Origin: Octopus sinensis
Lineage: Eukaryota
Assembly: GCF_006345805.1 (NCBI RefSeq)
Contig: NC_043005.1
Coordinates: forward strand, 105,896,001 to 105,960,000
Length of the DNA stretch: 64,000 nucleotides
Direction: 5' to 3'
Shown here: positions 1 through 12,519 of the stretch, piece by piece
Layout of the letters: each line of letters opens with the position of its first letter
Position numbering within the stretch: the first letter of the stretch is position 1
Position numbers and translations under genes: made by a program
The notes under the pieces: generated by a model
Databases searched by the model: none
What the model saw: only the letters and a program-made list of their open reading frames with translations
What the model was told of the DNA's origin: nothing

Positions 1-959
1 AAACCTTTTGTCTCAAACTGATGTGTTATTAATAAATATTTCTTACTGCTTTATCAATATCTCTCTTCAACTGTAGAATTTTTCCTTGTTTGGTATATCC
101 TTGGTTGCTGTGAGTATATATGATTTAATCAATTTCTTCCAGAAATCTCACATTTTACCTATATTCATTTTTTGTCTTAACATGCTGTTTTATATTAATG
201 TGAGGTAGAGATATTCTTATAGATTCACAGTATTGGATATGCAACAGAGTTTAAGTATAATATTTTTTATCTAGTTTCTGTTTTTTTTGTATCTTTTTTT
301 TTTGTATCTTCTTGCATTTTGTTTTGCAAAAGTGACATTGCTAAATCCATTGACATTTTCATCCCTCACAAGGCCTATTTATTTAGTGAGGCTCTACACA
401 AGCTTGTCAAATGTACCTTTTGGGAAGTGAAGTAATGTATAGATGAAACAACTTTGCAAGCTGTATTGTGTGGATCCAATCTGGGAGCATATAGAACTGA
501 AAATTGATGGCAACTGACATAGAGTAGAAGATTTCACAGCTCAAGCATTACTTCTTTATAGTCAGCCTATGAATTTTTTTGTCCACTCTCTTATGATTAT
601 AGCAAGAATTCTTTAGAAAACATCTTTATGTGACACAAACTCTAATAAAACCATATATATGAGCGTGTCATATACATATGTCATTAAACACCAAACTCTA
701 TGACAACTTCCTAATCATTAATGCCTGGTCATCTTAGCTAAAACAAAGCCCAGGTAAATATGGAATCCAAAATACATAACTACCATCAAAATGCCATAAA
801 ATTCCAAATAACAAGGACATTCCTCCCTGTATACAAATCATTTCCAAAATTTTGGAGAAGAACTTGCAATGGCAGAGTAAGTATTTAAGAATGGATCTAG
901 CTGAAAGATCTATTTTACTTGCTTAACGAGCAACATCTTAACATTGTCAATGAAATTTC

Positions 960-1335
960 TGCCCCCCACCCCCCACCACCACTGCTACAACTGCTACCAT
1001 CATCATAACCACCATGACCACCACTACTGCTGCTGCCGCCGCCACCATTAATGTTTATACTATCACTCCCACAGCCACTACCACTACTACTATCACACTG
1101 CTAGCGCCAACACCGTCATCAATAATACTGCCACCACCCCTGCTAACATCAACACCACCGCCATTAGTACAACCATCTTCAGGTGCACCACTACTTTCCC
1201 TAGTGCTCCCACCACTGTCAACAGTATCATTATAGTCTTCATCATCTCCACCAGCACCACCACGACTATTACCACTGCTACCACTACCATCACCGTTGTC
1301 GTCGTCGTCATCATCATCCTCATCACCCACAACAT
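960..1335. repeat. Degenerate (CAC/CTA/CAT)n trinucleotide tract
   Basis: Runs of ccaccactact/catcat; source of the Thr-, Val- and Gly-rich artefactual ORFs. Confidence 0.9.
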
Positions 1336-1544
1336 GAAACACCTTGTCTTCCCATGTTTCTCTCCCTCTCATCAATCTGTTGAGATTAGGGACCAGACCA
1401 TAAGAAATAAAAAGTTTAAAAAATCCCCCCAAAAATCCTTAAGAAATCAGGTTTGGATTATAGCATGAAACCATAAACAAGCTTTTCCTTTATTTAATTA
1501 TATTTACATACAGATGTTTGTGTGCTCATGTGTACGTGGGTGGG

Positions 1545-1572
1545 CACACACACACACACACATATATATATG

Positions 1573-1603
<31 letters not shown>

Positions 1604-1710
1604 GTATATATATGTATATATATATGTATATATATATATATGTGTATATATATATATGTATGTATATAGTATATAGTATATAAATACACACACATATATA
1701 TATGTATGTG

Positions 1711-1760
<50 letters not shown>

Positions 1761-1806
1761 TATATTTACATACATATATATACATGTATATATATGCATA
1801 TATAAG

Positions 1807-1843
<37 letters not shown>

Positions 1844-1990
1844 GTATGTGGTGTGTGTGTGCGTATATATGCATATATATACATGTATATATATGTATGT
1901 AAATGTATATATATATATATATATTGTATACACACTTATATATTTATATGCATGTGTGTTTGTGTGTGTGTGTGTATGTATGGGTGTATA
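1545..1990. repeat. Compound (CA)n/(TA)n/(TG)n microsatellite
   Basis: Directly visible dinucleotide runs. Confidence 0.95.
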
Positions 1991-2289
1991 TTACATATAT
2001 TTATCTGTTCTACTCAGCTGAAATTTAGAAGTCAGTTTAACTAAGTTAAGAAGAAAGCAGGCAGTATACAAAAATTTATGTGAAAACTTCTTTACCATTC
2101 CTCACTATTCTCTTTCTCTCCTTACCATTTTGATACCCAATACTTCTTCTGAGAATTGTTAGTATTGTTCTTGCTATTGTTTTTGATAATTTTTGTTTTA
2201 GTTTTACTAAATTTAGTACCATTTGTTATTGTTGTTTTATTTTGTTGTTTATTATTCTTATTTCATATTTGTGTCTTCTTTCTTTAAAA

Positions 2290-2678
2290 CTCTATCTGTT
2301 CTCTCACCTACTCACTCTCTTTCTGTTCCTTCTCTCTCTCCCCCTCCCTCTCTCTCTCTCTCACTCTGTCTATAATATTTTATCTTGTCTATTATTTTAT
2401 ATTGCTCTCTTTCTCTCTACCTCACACTTTCAGTATTTCTCTCTCCTCACTAACTATTTCTCTCTTTTTCTCACTATATCTCCCTCTGTCTCTCAAGAAT
2501 CATATCTTCATTGTTACTTTTTCTAACCTGCTTTGTTATTTACTTTCTCTCTCTCTCTCTCTCTCTCTCGCTTCCCTCCATGTATCACTGTCACACTGTT
2601 TCTATATTTTATCACTCTCTATTGTATCACTTTCTCTCTCTCTAGTTTCTTTCAGTTTGTTCTCTTGCATTCTCTGAG

Positions 2679-2721
<43 letters not shown>

Positions 2722-2800
2722 CTCTCTCTCTTTCTCTCCCTCTCATACTTTCTCTCCACCTTTCTGGTCCTCAATCTCTCTCTCTCTCTTTCTTTCTTTA
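2290..2800. repeat. (CT)n-rich tract with a (CA)n block
   Basis: Directly visible. Confidence 0.85.
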
Positions 2801-2999
2801 GTTTGATGCCCAATTATCCGACAATGGCAGACCATGGGTCTCAGTAATAGTTTAACCCAATATCATACTGCAGCATCAGCTAGAAAAATATAAGGGTTAA
2901 CTTTTTGCCACTACCACAACTCAAAACACTTAACTCTTGAAAAGCAGATTCTGCCTTGCTGTAAATAAGTATCACAGGACAAATTACTTCATTTCTTAG

Positions 3000-3062
3000 T
3001 GGAGTTCATAACCTACTTCACGTGGCATCAGAGATCAATGTGGAGCAGACACGAGAAATATG
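3000..3062 (+). CDS. Candidate 63-nt internal exon of an unidentified gene
   Basis: Acceptor ttacttcatttcttAG, donor ATG|GTATAA; open in phase 1 (EFITYFTWHQRSMWSRHEKY) and phase 2 (GVHNLLHVASEINVEQTREI); no homology recognised. Confidence 0.3.
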
Positions 3063-3124
3063 GTATAAATAAAAACAACAAAGTAAAGCCCATTGAATAT
3101 ACTCGAGAGTCAGGAGCAGAACTT

Positions 3125-3546
3125 ACTCTTTTACTTGTTTCAGTCATTTGACTGCGGCCATGCTGGAGCACCGCCTTTAGTCGAGCAAATCGACCCCGGG
3201 ACTTATTCTTTGTAAGCCCAGTACTTATTCTATCGGTCTCTTTTGCCGAACCGCTAAGTGACGGGGACGTAAACACACCAGCATCGGTTGTCAAGCAATG
3301 CTAGGGGGACAAACACACACACACACACAACACACACACATACACATATATACATATATATACATATATACATATATATACATATATACGACAGGCTTCT
3401 TTCAGTTTCCGTCTACCAAATCCACTCACAAGGCATTGGTCGGCCCGGGGCTATAGCAGAAGACACTTGCCCAAGATGCCAGGCAATGGGACTGAACCCG
3501 GAACCATGTGGTTGGTTAGGAAGCTACTTACCACACAGCCACTCCT
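3125..3546 (-). mobile_element. SINE family A, full length
   Basis: tRNA-like head AGGAGTGGCTGTGTGGTAAGTAG...GGTTCAGTCCC, CTTGGGCAAGTGTCTT motif, internal (TA)/(TG) linker, tail GAAACAAGTAAAAGAGTA; near-identical copies elsewhere in the window. Confidence 0.95.
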
Positions 3547-3695
3547 ATTACTGAATACTAAATAAGTATTTTAATAATTCAGCATTGATAATTTTTTTTT
3601 ATGAACCCTGGACAAAGTAAAAAGTATTGACAGTGGCTGGCCAGCAAGCTACTGCTGCTGAACATATTATTCACTGTTTCCTATATATATATTGG

Positions 3696-3935
3696 GTGGA
3701 GGTGCATGGCTTAGTGGTTAGGGCTGTTGGACTCATGATTGTAAGACTGTGGTTTCGATTCCTGGATGGGACAACACATTGTGTCCTCGAGCAAAACATT
3801 GTTCCAGTCCACTCAGCAGGCAAAAATGAGTAATCTCGTGAGGGACTGGTGTCCTGTCCATGTGGGGAATATATACGCAATGGAAACCTGCAAAACTGCT
3901 CAAAGAGTCTACATGACTCAGGAAGGAATTTTACT
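3696..3935 (+). mobile_element. SINE family C (GTGGAGG tRNA-like head)
   Basis: A box TGGCTTAGTGG, B box GGTTTCGATTCC, then GTGTCCTCGAGCAA and CCAGTCCACTCAGC core shared with the copies at 7935-8678 and 18918-19208. Confidence 0.85.
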
Positions 3936-4839
3936 TACTAAAAATATATTGTGTCATGATTTTCATTTAAGCAGGAAACATTTTAGTGCAAGGTGTTGAT
4001 AAGTCTGAAGAAAGATGAAACACATCCGTCATTCTAATGAGCCACTGTGGCCATGATGCTGATCTCCCCATTGCTCGGGTTTGTTTCGACCCTGTAGAAT
4101 TAGAATTTTTGAAAAGTAAAAATTTTGCACTATGTAGCTTGTTATTCTCTTTAAGTGAACATTTTTCTGGTTGAAATACACCGAAAAATGGCGACACAGC
4201 AGTAAAATAAATCGTTAAAAAATATGGATTTTGATAAAAAAAAAAGTACCTTTTTGATGTAAATAATTTTTAGTCTTAACATAGTCCGATTTGAATTTTT
4301 TTTCTACGGAATGAAGAGCAAGCCTTCTTTTACCATGCTCTCAATTTTGGTCAACTTGCATCACAGTGTCTCGGGGGAGATAATGTTAGTTGAAGGCTTC
4401 ACCATAGATTTGGTCATGCCTTAAGGTAGCTGAAACTTGAAATCAGAATCAATTCCTCTTATATAATAAACTTCACAGTGACAAGTATTGATTTTTCTCA
4501 GCAGTATATGTCTGTTGTTAATCAGTGTTTTAACAAACCTAACATAAATGTATGCACACACAAACACATACACACATACATGCCATGCACACATACATGC
4601 AAACCTACATTCATACACACATGTATAGATATATATATATGCATGTATGCATATACACATGAGTACACACACACGTACATGCACACAAGTACACACACAT
4701 ATATATATATATAAATATTTATATATATACACATACATATTACATATATACATATATATACACACACATATATATTACACGCACACACACAAACACATAC
4801 TTACACACAAGCACACACACATACATTATGTACTATATA

Positions 4840-5693
4840 CAGGGTGCTGTGAATAAATTGTCATCCAAATTACACAAAAAGAAAATAACACTGACATCTC
4901 ATTTTAACAGATTTATTTACCAAAACTGCATAAATACATCTTGAAATGCTAAAGAGTAAATTTATTCAATAAAATCACCATTGGCTTCAACTACGGTCTC
5001 CAGACAACTTCTGAATCTCCAGCAACTCTTCTAGACAGTCTCCATGCTGCCAAAATCCTTGCCTTCAGTTCATCTTTGGTATTACAAGGAGTTTTGTTGG
5101 TCTCTCACTCAACTGCACCCTAAACATAATAATCAAGGGGATTGCAGTCTAGGAAGTTAGGTGACCAGATGTTAGGGGTGATGTGATCTAGGAAATTGTC
5201 TCACAGCTTTGACTGGGTTCTTCTGCTTGTGTGGCAGGGTGCAGAATCCTGTTGCCAGATATGAGGTTTTCCAGCAGCCACCCTCTTCACCCAGGGCAGC
5301 ACTACCTCCTCCAGGTACTTGATATAGGCCTCTGTGTTGAGTCTGAAGCCATGTGAGAAGATGAATGGAAGGATAACGTTGCCATCACTAGTGGTCACTC
5401 CAAAAACCATGATGTTGACTGGATGTTTGATTTTTATCACTCTCGATACATGTCGTCTGATTAACAACCAAACACTCTGAAATGTTTGTATTGGAGCTTC
5501 CAGTGCAAACGCCAAGCAGTACAGCATGTTGTTTCCAAATTTCTGGCAGAGTGAATTGCATCACGGTGCTGTTTTTCTCACAGACAGTCCCCTACTGACC
5601 CTACAATACTGTGTAGTCGACAGAATCAAAAACAAAGAACGTGCATGTGTGAATTTAAAAATATAAAATGGTGACAATTTACCCATCGCACCC

Positions 5694-5695
<2 letters not shown>
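4840..5695 (-). mobile_element. Internally deleted Tc1/mariner element, maT (DD37D)-like transposase remnant
   Basis: Imperfect ~28-bp TIRs (CAGGGTGC...AAATTGTCA) with TA on both sides; residues IMVFGVTTSDG, WQQDSAPCHTS and, after frameshift, WSPNFLDCNPLDY. Confidence 0.9.
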
Positions 5696-5732
<37 letters not shown>

Positions 5733-6597
5733 AGTGTAATCTATCTTTTTGTTTGTAATCTTTCATAATCACTGATATCTTTGTGGTAGATATTAAACAT
5801 ACATATATGTATACACACATACACACATATGTGTATCTGTATGCATAGGTGTGTGTGTGTGTATGAGTGTCTGAATGTTTGTGTGTATATGCATGTAAGA
5901 CTGTGAATGGATTGATTTCACATGTAGATATAACTGTACGGGAGGTAGATTGTAAGGGGAGATACAACTGTCACAGAACACGTGCTGGGGTAGTGAGGCT
6001 TATAATGTGCCGGTTGGGTGTTTGTGTGTGTATGTGTCTTGGTTTGTGTATGTTTATCTGTTAGTTTCTATGTGTCGGTGTATGGAGGTGTGTGAGTGCA
6101 TATTTGTGGAGGTGAGTAGGTGTAGGTATCTGTGTATGTCAGTATGTTTTTTTGGTCGATAAATGTGTGGGTGTATTGGGTATATATGTATGTGTGTATA
6201 TTGCTCTTGATATATGTTTGTGTTATAACATAAGGGCATGTGTGTGCTTGTATGTGTATGTGAGGGTGCATGCAGTTGAGTGGGTGTGCTTGGGAGTGAG
6301 TGTACTTATGATCGTTAGTAAGTATATGGATTGATGCATGTGAGTGGTCAGTGGAGGTATATGCGTATGCCAACATGTATGTATATTCATACGTACACGC
6401 ACGCACAAATATACAGACACACACACATACACACACAAACACACAAACACACACACACACGTCTATAATGATTGCCTCATCTTGTTGGAGGATTGCGCTT
6501 CTCTCATTCAGTATTAAAATGATAGGGAAACATATCTACATCACTGGATTTAAGTGACAAAAGCTTTTACAATACTTTTACCATTTTCGGTCACTAT

Positions 6598-7004
6598 ACT
6601 CTCTTTTACTCTTTTACTTGTTTCAGTCATTTGACTGCGGCCATGCTGGAGCACCGCCTTTAGTCGAGCAAATCGACCCCAGGACTTATTCTTTGTAAGC
6701 CCAGTACTTATTCTATCGGTCTCTTTTGCCAAACCGCTAAGTGACGGGGATGTAAATACACCAGCATCGGTTGTCAAGCAATGCTAGGGGGACAAACACA
6801 GACACACAAACACACACACACACACACACTTATATATATATACATATATACGACAGGCTTCTTTCAGTTTCCATCTACCAAATCCACTCACAAGGCATTG
6901 GTCGGCCCGGGGCTATAGCAGAAGACACTTGCCCAAGATGCCACGCAGTGGGACTGAACCCGGAACCATGTGGCTGGTTAGCAAGCTACTTACCACACAG
7001 CCAC
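6598..7004 (-). mobile_element. SINE family A, full length
   Basis: Colinear with 3125-3546. Confidence 0.95.
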
Positions 7005-7012
7005 AGTAGGTT

Positions 7013-7473
7013 CCAGTGACAAATATTCTTTTTACTCTGGGCACAAGGCCCGAAATTTTGGGGTAGGGGGCCAGACAATTAGATCAACCCAAGTATGCAA
7101 CTAGTACTTAATTTATCCGCCCTGAAAGGATGAAAGGCAAAGTCGACCTTGGCAGAAGCCAGTGACAAATATTCTTTTCTACTCTAAGCACAAGGCCTGA
7201 AATCTTGGGGGAGGCGGGGGGCAGGGCAGTTGATTAGGTCGATCCCAGTATGCATCTGGTATTTAATTTATCGGCCCTGAAAGGATGAAAGGCAAAGTCG
7301 ACCTCGGTAGAATCCAGTGACAAATATTCTTTTCTACTATAGGCACAAGGCCAAAATTTTTGGGGAGAGGGCCAGTCAATTAGATCAGCCACTGTACACA
7401 ACTGGTGCTTAATTTATCAACTCCGCAAGGATGAAAGGCAAAGTCGACCTTGGTGGAATCCAGTGACAAATAT
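7013..7473 (-). repeat. Three tandem ~150-bp units of the SINE family B 3' half
   Basis: CCAGTGACAAATAT at 7013, 7159, 7314 and 7460; each unit carries GAAAGGATGAAAGGCAAAGTCGACC. Confidence 0.9.
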
Positions 7474-7934
7474 TGCAAGACAGCTGGTACCATTTTGACT
7501 CTAAGTTCTATGTCAGAGTTCCTCTCTTCTAGAAGAGCTGCCTTCCAAATGGCTATTTAAAAAAATAACAAGAGTCTCCTCTAGTCCTGGGAAATTTATT
7601 TAAACCATAAGTGTTACTTCTGTTCTGAGTCAGAACAGACTTGGGAGTAACGGCTGGTTATAAAAGGGTAACTTCATGCTCCTCACGACTCCAGAACTCC
7701 CAAGCTGGAGCTTCACCACTTGATGCAGTTTAATATGATACTCAGGACATTACATTCTATACCTATATATCTTTCTCAGAAAATGGAGATTCTAAAAGTA
7801 TATCATTTATGTCTATGCCAAGGTACCCAGCCTCTCTTTGTAGAGTCTACCCCACACAACTCATCTTCCTAACACCCCACCTTTTACACACTTCCAACCA
7901 TGGCACTATTCGTTTTAGGTGCTTTAATCGTGGC

Positions 7935-8678
7935 CTGGCTCTCTGTCAGTTATGGCAATTAGTGTTCCAGCTGATTGATTCAATCAATGGAACAGCCTGC
8001 TCATGAAATTAATGTGAAAATGGCTGAGTACACTACAGACACATATACCTATTTCTTTACTACCCAAAGGGGCTAAACACGGAGGCGACAAACAAGGACA
8101 GGCAAACGGATTATGTCGATTATATCGACCCCAGTGCGTAACTGGTACTTATTTAATCTACCCCGAAAGGATGAAAGGCAAAGTTGACCTCGGCAGAATT
8201 TGAATTCAGAACATAGCAGCAGACGAAATACTACAAGGGGCTAAACACAGAGGGGACAAACAAGGACAGACAAACGGATTAAGTCGATTATATCGACCCC
8301 AGTGCGTAACTGGTACTTATTTAATCAACCCCGAAAGGATGAAAGGCAAAGTTGACCTTGGCGGAATTTGAACTCAGAACGTAACAGCAGACAAAATACA
8401 GCAAGGCATTTCGCCCGACGTGCTAACATTTCTGCCAGCTCACCGCCTTACAGACACTTATACCATTAACATAGTTCTCAGGGAGATTTAGTGAAGCACA
8501 GGATATGACAAGGTCGGCCCTGTGAATTTCAGGTACAACTCATTTCTGCAAGTTGAGTGGACTATAACAATGTGAAATAAAGTGTCTTGCTCAAGAACAG
8601 AATGTGCTGCCAGGAATCGTACCCATGAGCTTATGCTTGTGAGCAGAATACTCTCACCAATATGTCATGTATCTTCAC
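7935..8678 (-). mobile_element. SINE family C copy interrupted by a family B dimer
   Basis: Head at 8678 (GTGAAGATACATG...), core CTTGAGCAAGACACTTTATTTCAC; the body resumes on the far side of the insert. Confidence 0.75.
8050..8448 (-). mobile_element. Dimeric SINE family B insertion with 16-bp TSD
   Basis: Head GGCGGTGAGCTGGCAGAAA, two copies of the core; TSD TACAGACACATATACC (8034-8049) / TACAGACACTTATACC (8449-8464). Confidence 0.9.
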
Positions 8679-9339
8679 AATTGAAATTATATGACAGCAG
8701 AACTGCACACATTTCATTCCCACTTTTGTGCTTTTTGTCATCCATTTTCCAATATCATCCCTTACTGTTTTATTTCCCATTGAATACCCCATTCATCCTG
8801 ACTTTTCAACCACTTTTCACTCATACACATGCTCATTTTATCAACAACAACCTCACTGTTTCCATCCCAATTTATTTCTGACCTCATCCCTTTCACTGTG
8901 CATCACACACCCCCTGTATTTCACATCGTCCCTGTTGCCATCAGTAACCTCACTGATATATTTCCTGTTGCCACGACCTTCCCCACCAAACTGATATTCA
9001 CCATTGACCATAATTTCACCTGTGTTCATCATTCACTGCATTCCCCTCTGCCCCCATCTCTATCTACCAGCCACTGAATTTACCAAACCACTCACCCTGT
9101 TTGATCCTCCATTCCACTTCCCTTATATTCACGTTCCTGCACCTTGAGGGTATGCCCTCACACCTCATCTCCACCATCTTTTGTCTTTTTCTAGCTGGGG
9201 TAACCATGCATCTCCTCTAACGCAATACAGCTTTCCATGTCCCTCTGTTATACTTCACATCACATCAGTACTACATCCCACTTGATTGAAGTATATTGTC
9301 TTGTGAGATAATTGGAGACTTCACTAGTGGTGGTGCAAT

Positions 9340-9563
9340 GAAGAAAGGTGCTAGTGCCATGTAAAAAAGCACTGAGTCCACTCTGCAGAGTGGTTGGTGT
9401 TAAGAAGGGTATCCAGCCATAAAAACCCTGCTGAAACAGACACAGTTGCCTTGGGTAGTTTTCTACCTGGCCAGCTCTTGTCAACCATCCTGCCAATGCA
9501 TGCATGAAAGATGAACGTTAAATGATGATGATGATAATGATGATGCTGCTGCTGCTGATGATG

Positions 9564-9565
<2 letters not shown>
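9340..9565 (+). mobile_element. RTE-type 3' tail (family D), decayed
   Basis: GAGTGGTTGGTGTTAAGAAGGGTATCCAGC ... CAACCAT...GCATG...ACGTTAAA then (GAT)n. Confidence 0.8.
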
Positions 9566-9591
<26 letters not shown>

Positions 9592-9594
<3 letters not shown>

Positions 9595-9977
9595 CCAGTG
9601 GCACATAAAAAGCACCGTCCAAATGTGGCCGATGCCAGCGCTGCCTCGACTGGCTCCAGTGCTGGTGGCACATAAAAAGCACCATCCGAAAGTGGCCGTT
9701 GCCAGCGCCGCATTGGCTGGCTTCCGTGCTGGTGGCACGTTAAAAGCTCCAACCAATCGTGGCCGATGCCAGACCCCCCTGGCACCTGTGCAGGTGGCAC
9801 GTAAAAAGAACCCACTACACTCGTGGAGTGGTTGGCGTTAGGAAGGGCATCCAGCTGTAGAAACTCTGCCAGATCAGACTGGAGCCTGATGCAGCCCCTG
9901 GCTTCCCAGACCCCGGTCGAACCGTCCAACCCATGCTAGCACGGAAAACGGACGTTAAACGATGAGGATGATGATGA

Positions 9978-9980
<3 letters not shown>
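9592..9980 (+). mobile_element. RTE LINE 3' UTR fragment with four hairpin repeat units
   Basis: Colinear with 18231-18615; (GAT)n tail; flanked by (TA)n. Confidence 0.9.
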
Positions 9981-10021
<41 letters not shown>

Positions 10022-10026
<5 letters not shown>

Positions 10027-10164
10027 TCCTCTTATTCCTTTCTGTTGAAGAGCATAGGCTCAAAACATAAAAGACTTTTCCTTTTTTCTCGAGCATCAAA
10101 CTTATACACTTGCTTGTTGTTCCCTACACTTGTCTTCATCTTGTTTTTTTTTATAAATTTGAAC
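10022..10164 (+). mobile_element. Short Penelope-type 3'-end (pLTR) fragment
   Basis: Homologous to 48110-48249 at the 3' end of the Penelope element; (TA)n on both sides. Confidence 0.75.
10037..10074 (+). ncRNA. Decayed minimal type I hammerhead-like motif
   Basis: CTTT-CTGTTGA-A-GAG-catagg-CTC-AAAA-CATA-AAAG; two G>A changes at CpG sites relative to the 48114 copy. Confidence 0.55.
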
Positions 10165-10403
10165 TATATATATATATATTAGTGTCTTTGTGTCTATGTT
10201 TGTCCCTCACTGCTTGACAACCAGTGCTGTAACTTGGTAGTTTGGCAAAACAGGCCAATAGAGTAAGTACCAAGCTTTTAAAAAAATAAGCACTGGGGCT
10301 GATACATTTGACTAAAAATACTTTGAGTTGGTGGACATAGGTAACATGTATATATATATATATATATATAAATTAAATTAAGTTTGGATATACTCCCTAA
10401 TAT

Positions 10404-10449
<46 letters not shown>

Positions 10450-11065
10450 TGTATGTATGTATGTATGTGTGTATGTATGTATGTATGTATGTATGTAAGT
10501 ATGTATGTATGTATGTATGTAAGTATGTATGTATGTATGTGTGTATGTATGTATAACATATATATATATATAAGCTTATGTAAACATCCTTACACTATCT
10601 CTTCTACGAAATACGTTGCTGTAGGGGGTGGATAGGAGCTAGTGAAGATGCTTTAAGATATATCTTCACCATAATCTACAGAATCATCATATTCCCCACC
10701 CATATCATGTTAACAGCACTTTATGGAAACACAGAATCAGATGACATCATACACCCTCATTGCATCCCATTAACACCTTGTTACCAGCATTCCCTACAAT
10801 GGCATCAGGCAGCAAAAAATACCCTTCTTCTGCCTATCAGAGCTTTGATAATTACATCCCTGTATGTATTAACATCAATCACTGTAACAGCATCCAATTG
10901 ATATCTTGTTAACAGCATCATAGTGTCAAACAGCATTAAACACCTTTATCTCACCTATCAGTGTTCTGTTACAAGCATCCCAATATCAGACATAATCAAA
11001 CACCGTCACTGCAGACTGTTAACATATTGCTAACATAACGCACTGTTCACACTGTGCACTCATAA

Positions 11066-11240
11066 CATGTCACACTTTTATCACAATACACTAGTTAACA
11101 AAACAGTTAACAAAACGTTCTGTTAGCACAAACACTGTTAACACATTCTTAACACAACACATTGCTAGCATAACTGATTTTTATCATGGCACAAGAAATA
11201 TTTGAACTTTGTATGTATTAAGACACAACTACAGACATAT
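11066..11240 (+). repeat. 175-bp direct repeat, copy 1
   Basis: CATGTCACACTTTTATCAC...CAACTACAGACATAT, repeated at 11658-11830. Confidence 0.95.
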
Positions 11241-11453
11241 ACTCTATTTTTACTCTTTTACTTGTTTCAGTCATTTGACTGCGGCCATGCTAGAGCACCA
11301 CCTTTAGTCAAGCAAATAGACCCCGGGTCTTATTCTTTGTGAGCCCAGTACTTATTCTATCGGTCTCTTTTGCCGAACCACTAAGTGACGGGGACGTAAA
11401 CACACCAGCATCGGTTGTCAAGCAATGCTAGGGGGACAAACACAGACACACAA

Positions 11454-11494
<41 letters not shown>

Positions 11495-11658
11495 CATATA
11501 TACGACAGGATTCTTTCAGTTTCCGTCTACCAAATCCACTCACAAGGCATTGGTCGGCCCGGGGCTATAGCAGAAGACACTTGCCCAAGATGCCACACAG
11601 TGGGACTGAACCCGCAACCATGTGGTTGGTAAACAAGCTACTTACCACACAGCCACTC
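11241..11658 (-). mobile_element. SINE family A
   Basis: Colinear with 3125-3546; lies exactly between the two long direct repeats. Confidence 0.95.
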
Positions 11659-11830
11659 ATGTCACACTTTTATCACGATACACTAGTAAAATACTGTTAA
11701 CAAAACGTTCTGTTAGCACAAACACTGTTAACACATCCTTAACACAACACACTTCTAGCGTAACAGATTTTTATCATGGCACAAGAAATATTTGAACTTT
11801 GTATGTAGTAAGACACAACTACAGACATAT
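11658..11830 (+). repeat. 173-bp direct repeat, copy 2
   Basis: Matches 11066-11240 with scattered substitutions and small indels. Confidence 0.95.
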
Positions 11831-11897
11831 GTTTCAAACCATTTGACTATAACAGTAAAGTACAGTGAAAACAGACCTGTAAGGCCATTAGATAAAC

Positions 11898-12289
11898 TGG
11901 ATCTTTTCGGTTTGAACAGCAGTTTTTTCTAGCAGTGTCATATGAAATTGTCACCCATAATTATGACCCTAGTATCGATCTATTTTAGGGGTGTGGGGAA
12001 GAGTATCTTTTTTTCTTCACAAATGTAAATAAATCCAATCTGTTTCTTAAACGAGGAACATATTTATACAGCACAGAATGTTTTCACCTCATTAGATGGC
12101 CATTGATTGGTTGAAATTGCCAAAATGCAAGAAATTGAAGACCAAATATCTTAAAAACTATAGAATTTTCTCAATAAAGCCAAGAGAAAATGATGTTTTA
12201 TAAACACATTCTACCAGTATATGAAGTTTAAAATTTTTTTGTTACCTAGAAATTATGTTAAAAACTGCCGTTCAAACCGAAAAGATCCA
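11898..12289. mobile_element. MITE with ~30-bp TIRs
   Basis: TGGATCTTTTCGGTTTGAACAGCAGTTTTT and AAAAACTGCCGTTCAAACCGAAAAGATCCA; no ORF; TSD not resolved. Confidence 0.85.
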
Positions 12290-12519
12290 ATAAGCCTTTA
12301 TATTTAGAAAAAGAATTACATAAATTTTGAATAATTAAAAATGTAAAGGGCTAAAGGAAATAATCCAAAGGGGCCAATGACATGAATATAGATAATTTAG
12401 TTAAATAAAAAATGGTGTAATAAATGTAATTCATAAAAAATTTTTTAAAAATTTCCCTCAACAGAAAATCTTTCACAGAAACTCCTTCACTCTAAACAAG
12501 ATATTTATTTATTAGTAAT

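Noticed and set aside
4000-4036. CTGAAGA-aagat-GAAAC-acatcc-GTC hammerhead-like string
   Set aside because: Stem II is only 1 bp and stem I only 3 weak pairs, with no paralog in the window; chance is plausible
3977-4080. Peptide LVQGVDK...VILMSHCGHDADLPIAR resembling a 5'-nucleotidase motif, with an in-frame TGA
   Set aside because: Similarity is slight, there is a stop inside it, no compatible splice sites and no SECIS evidence
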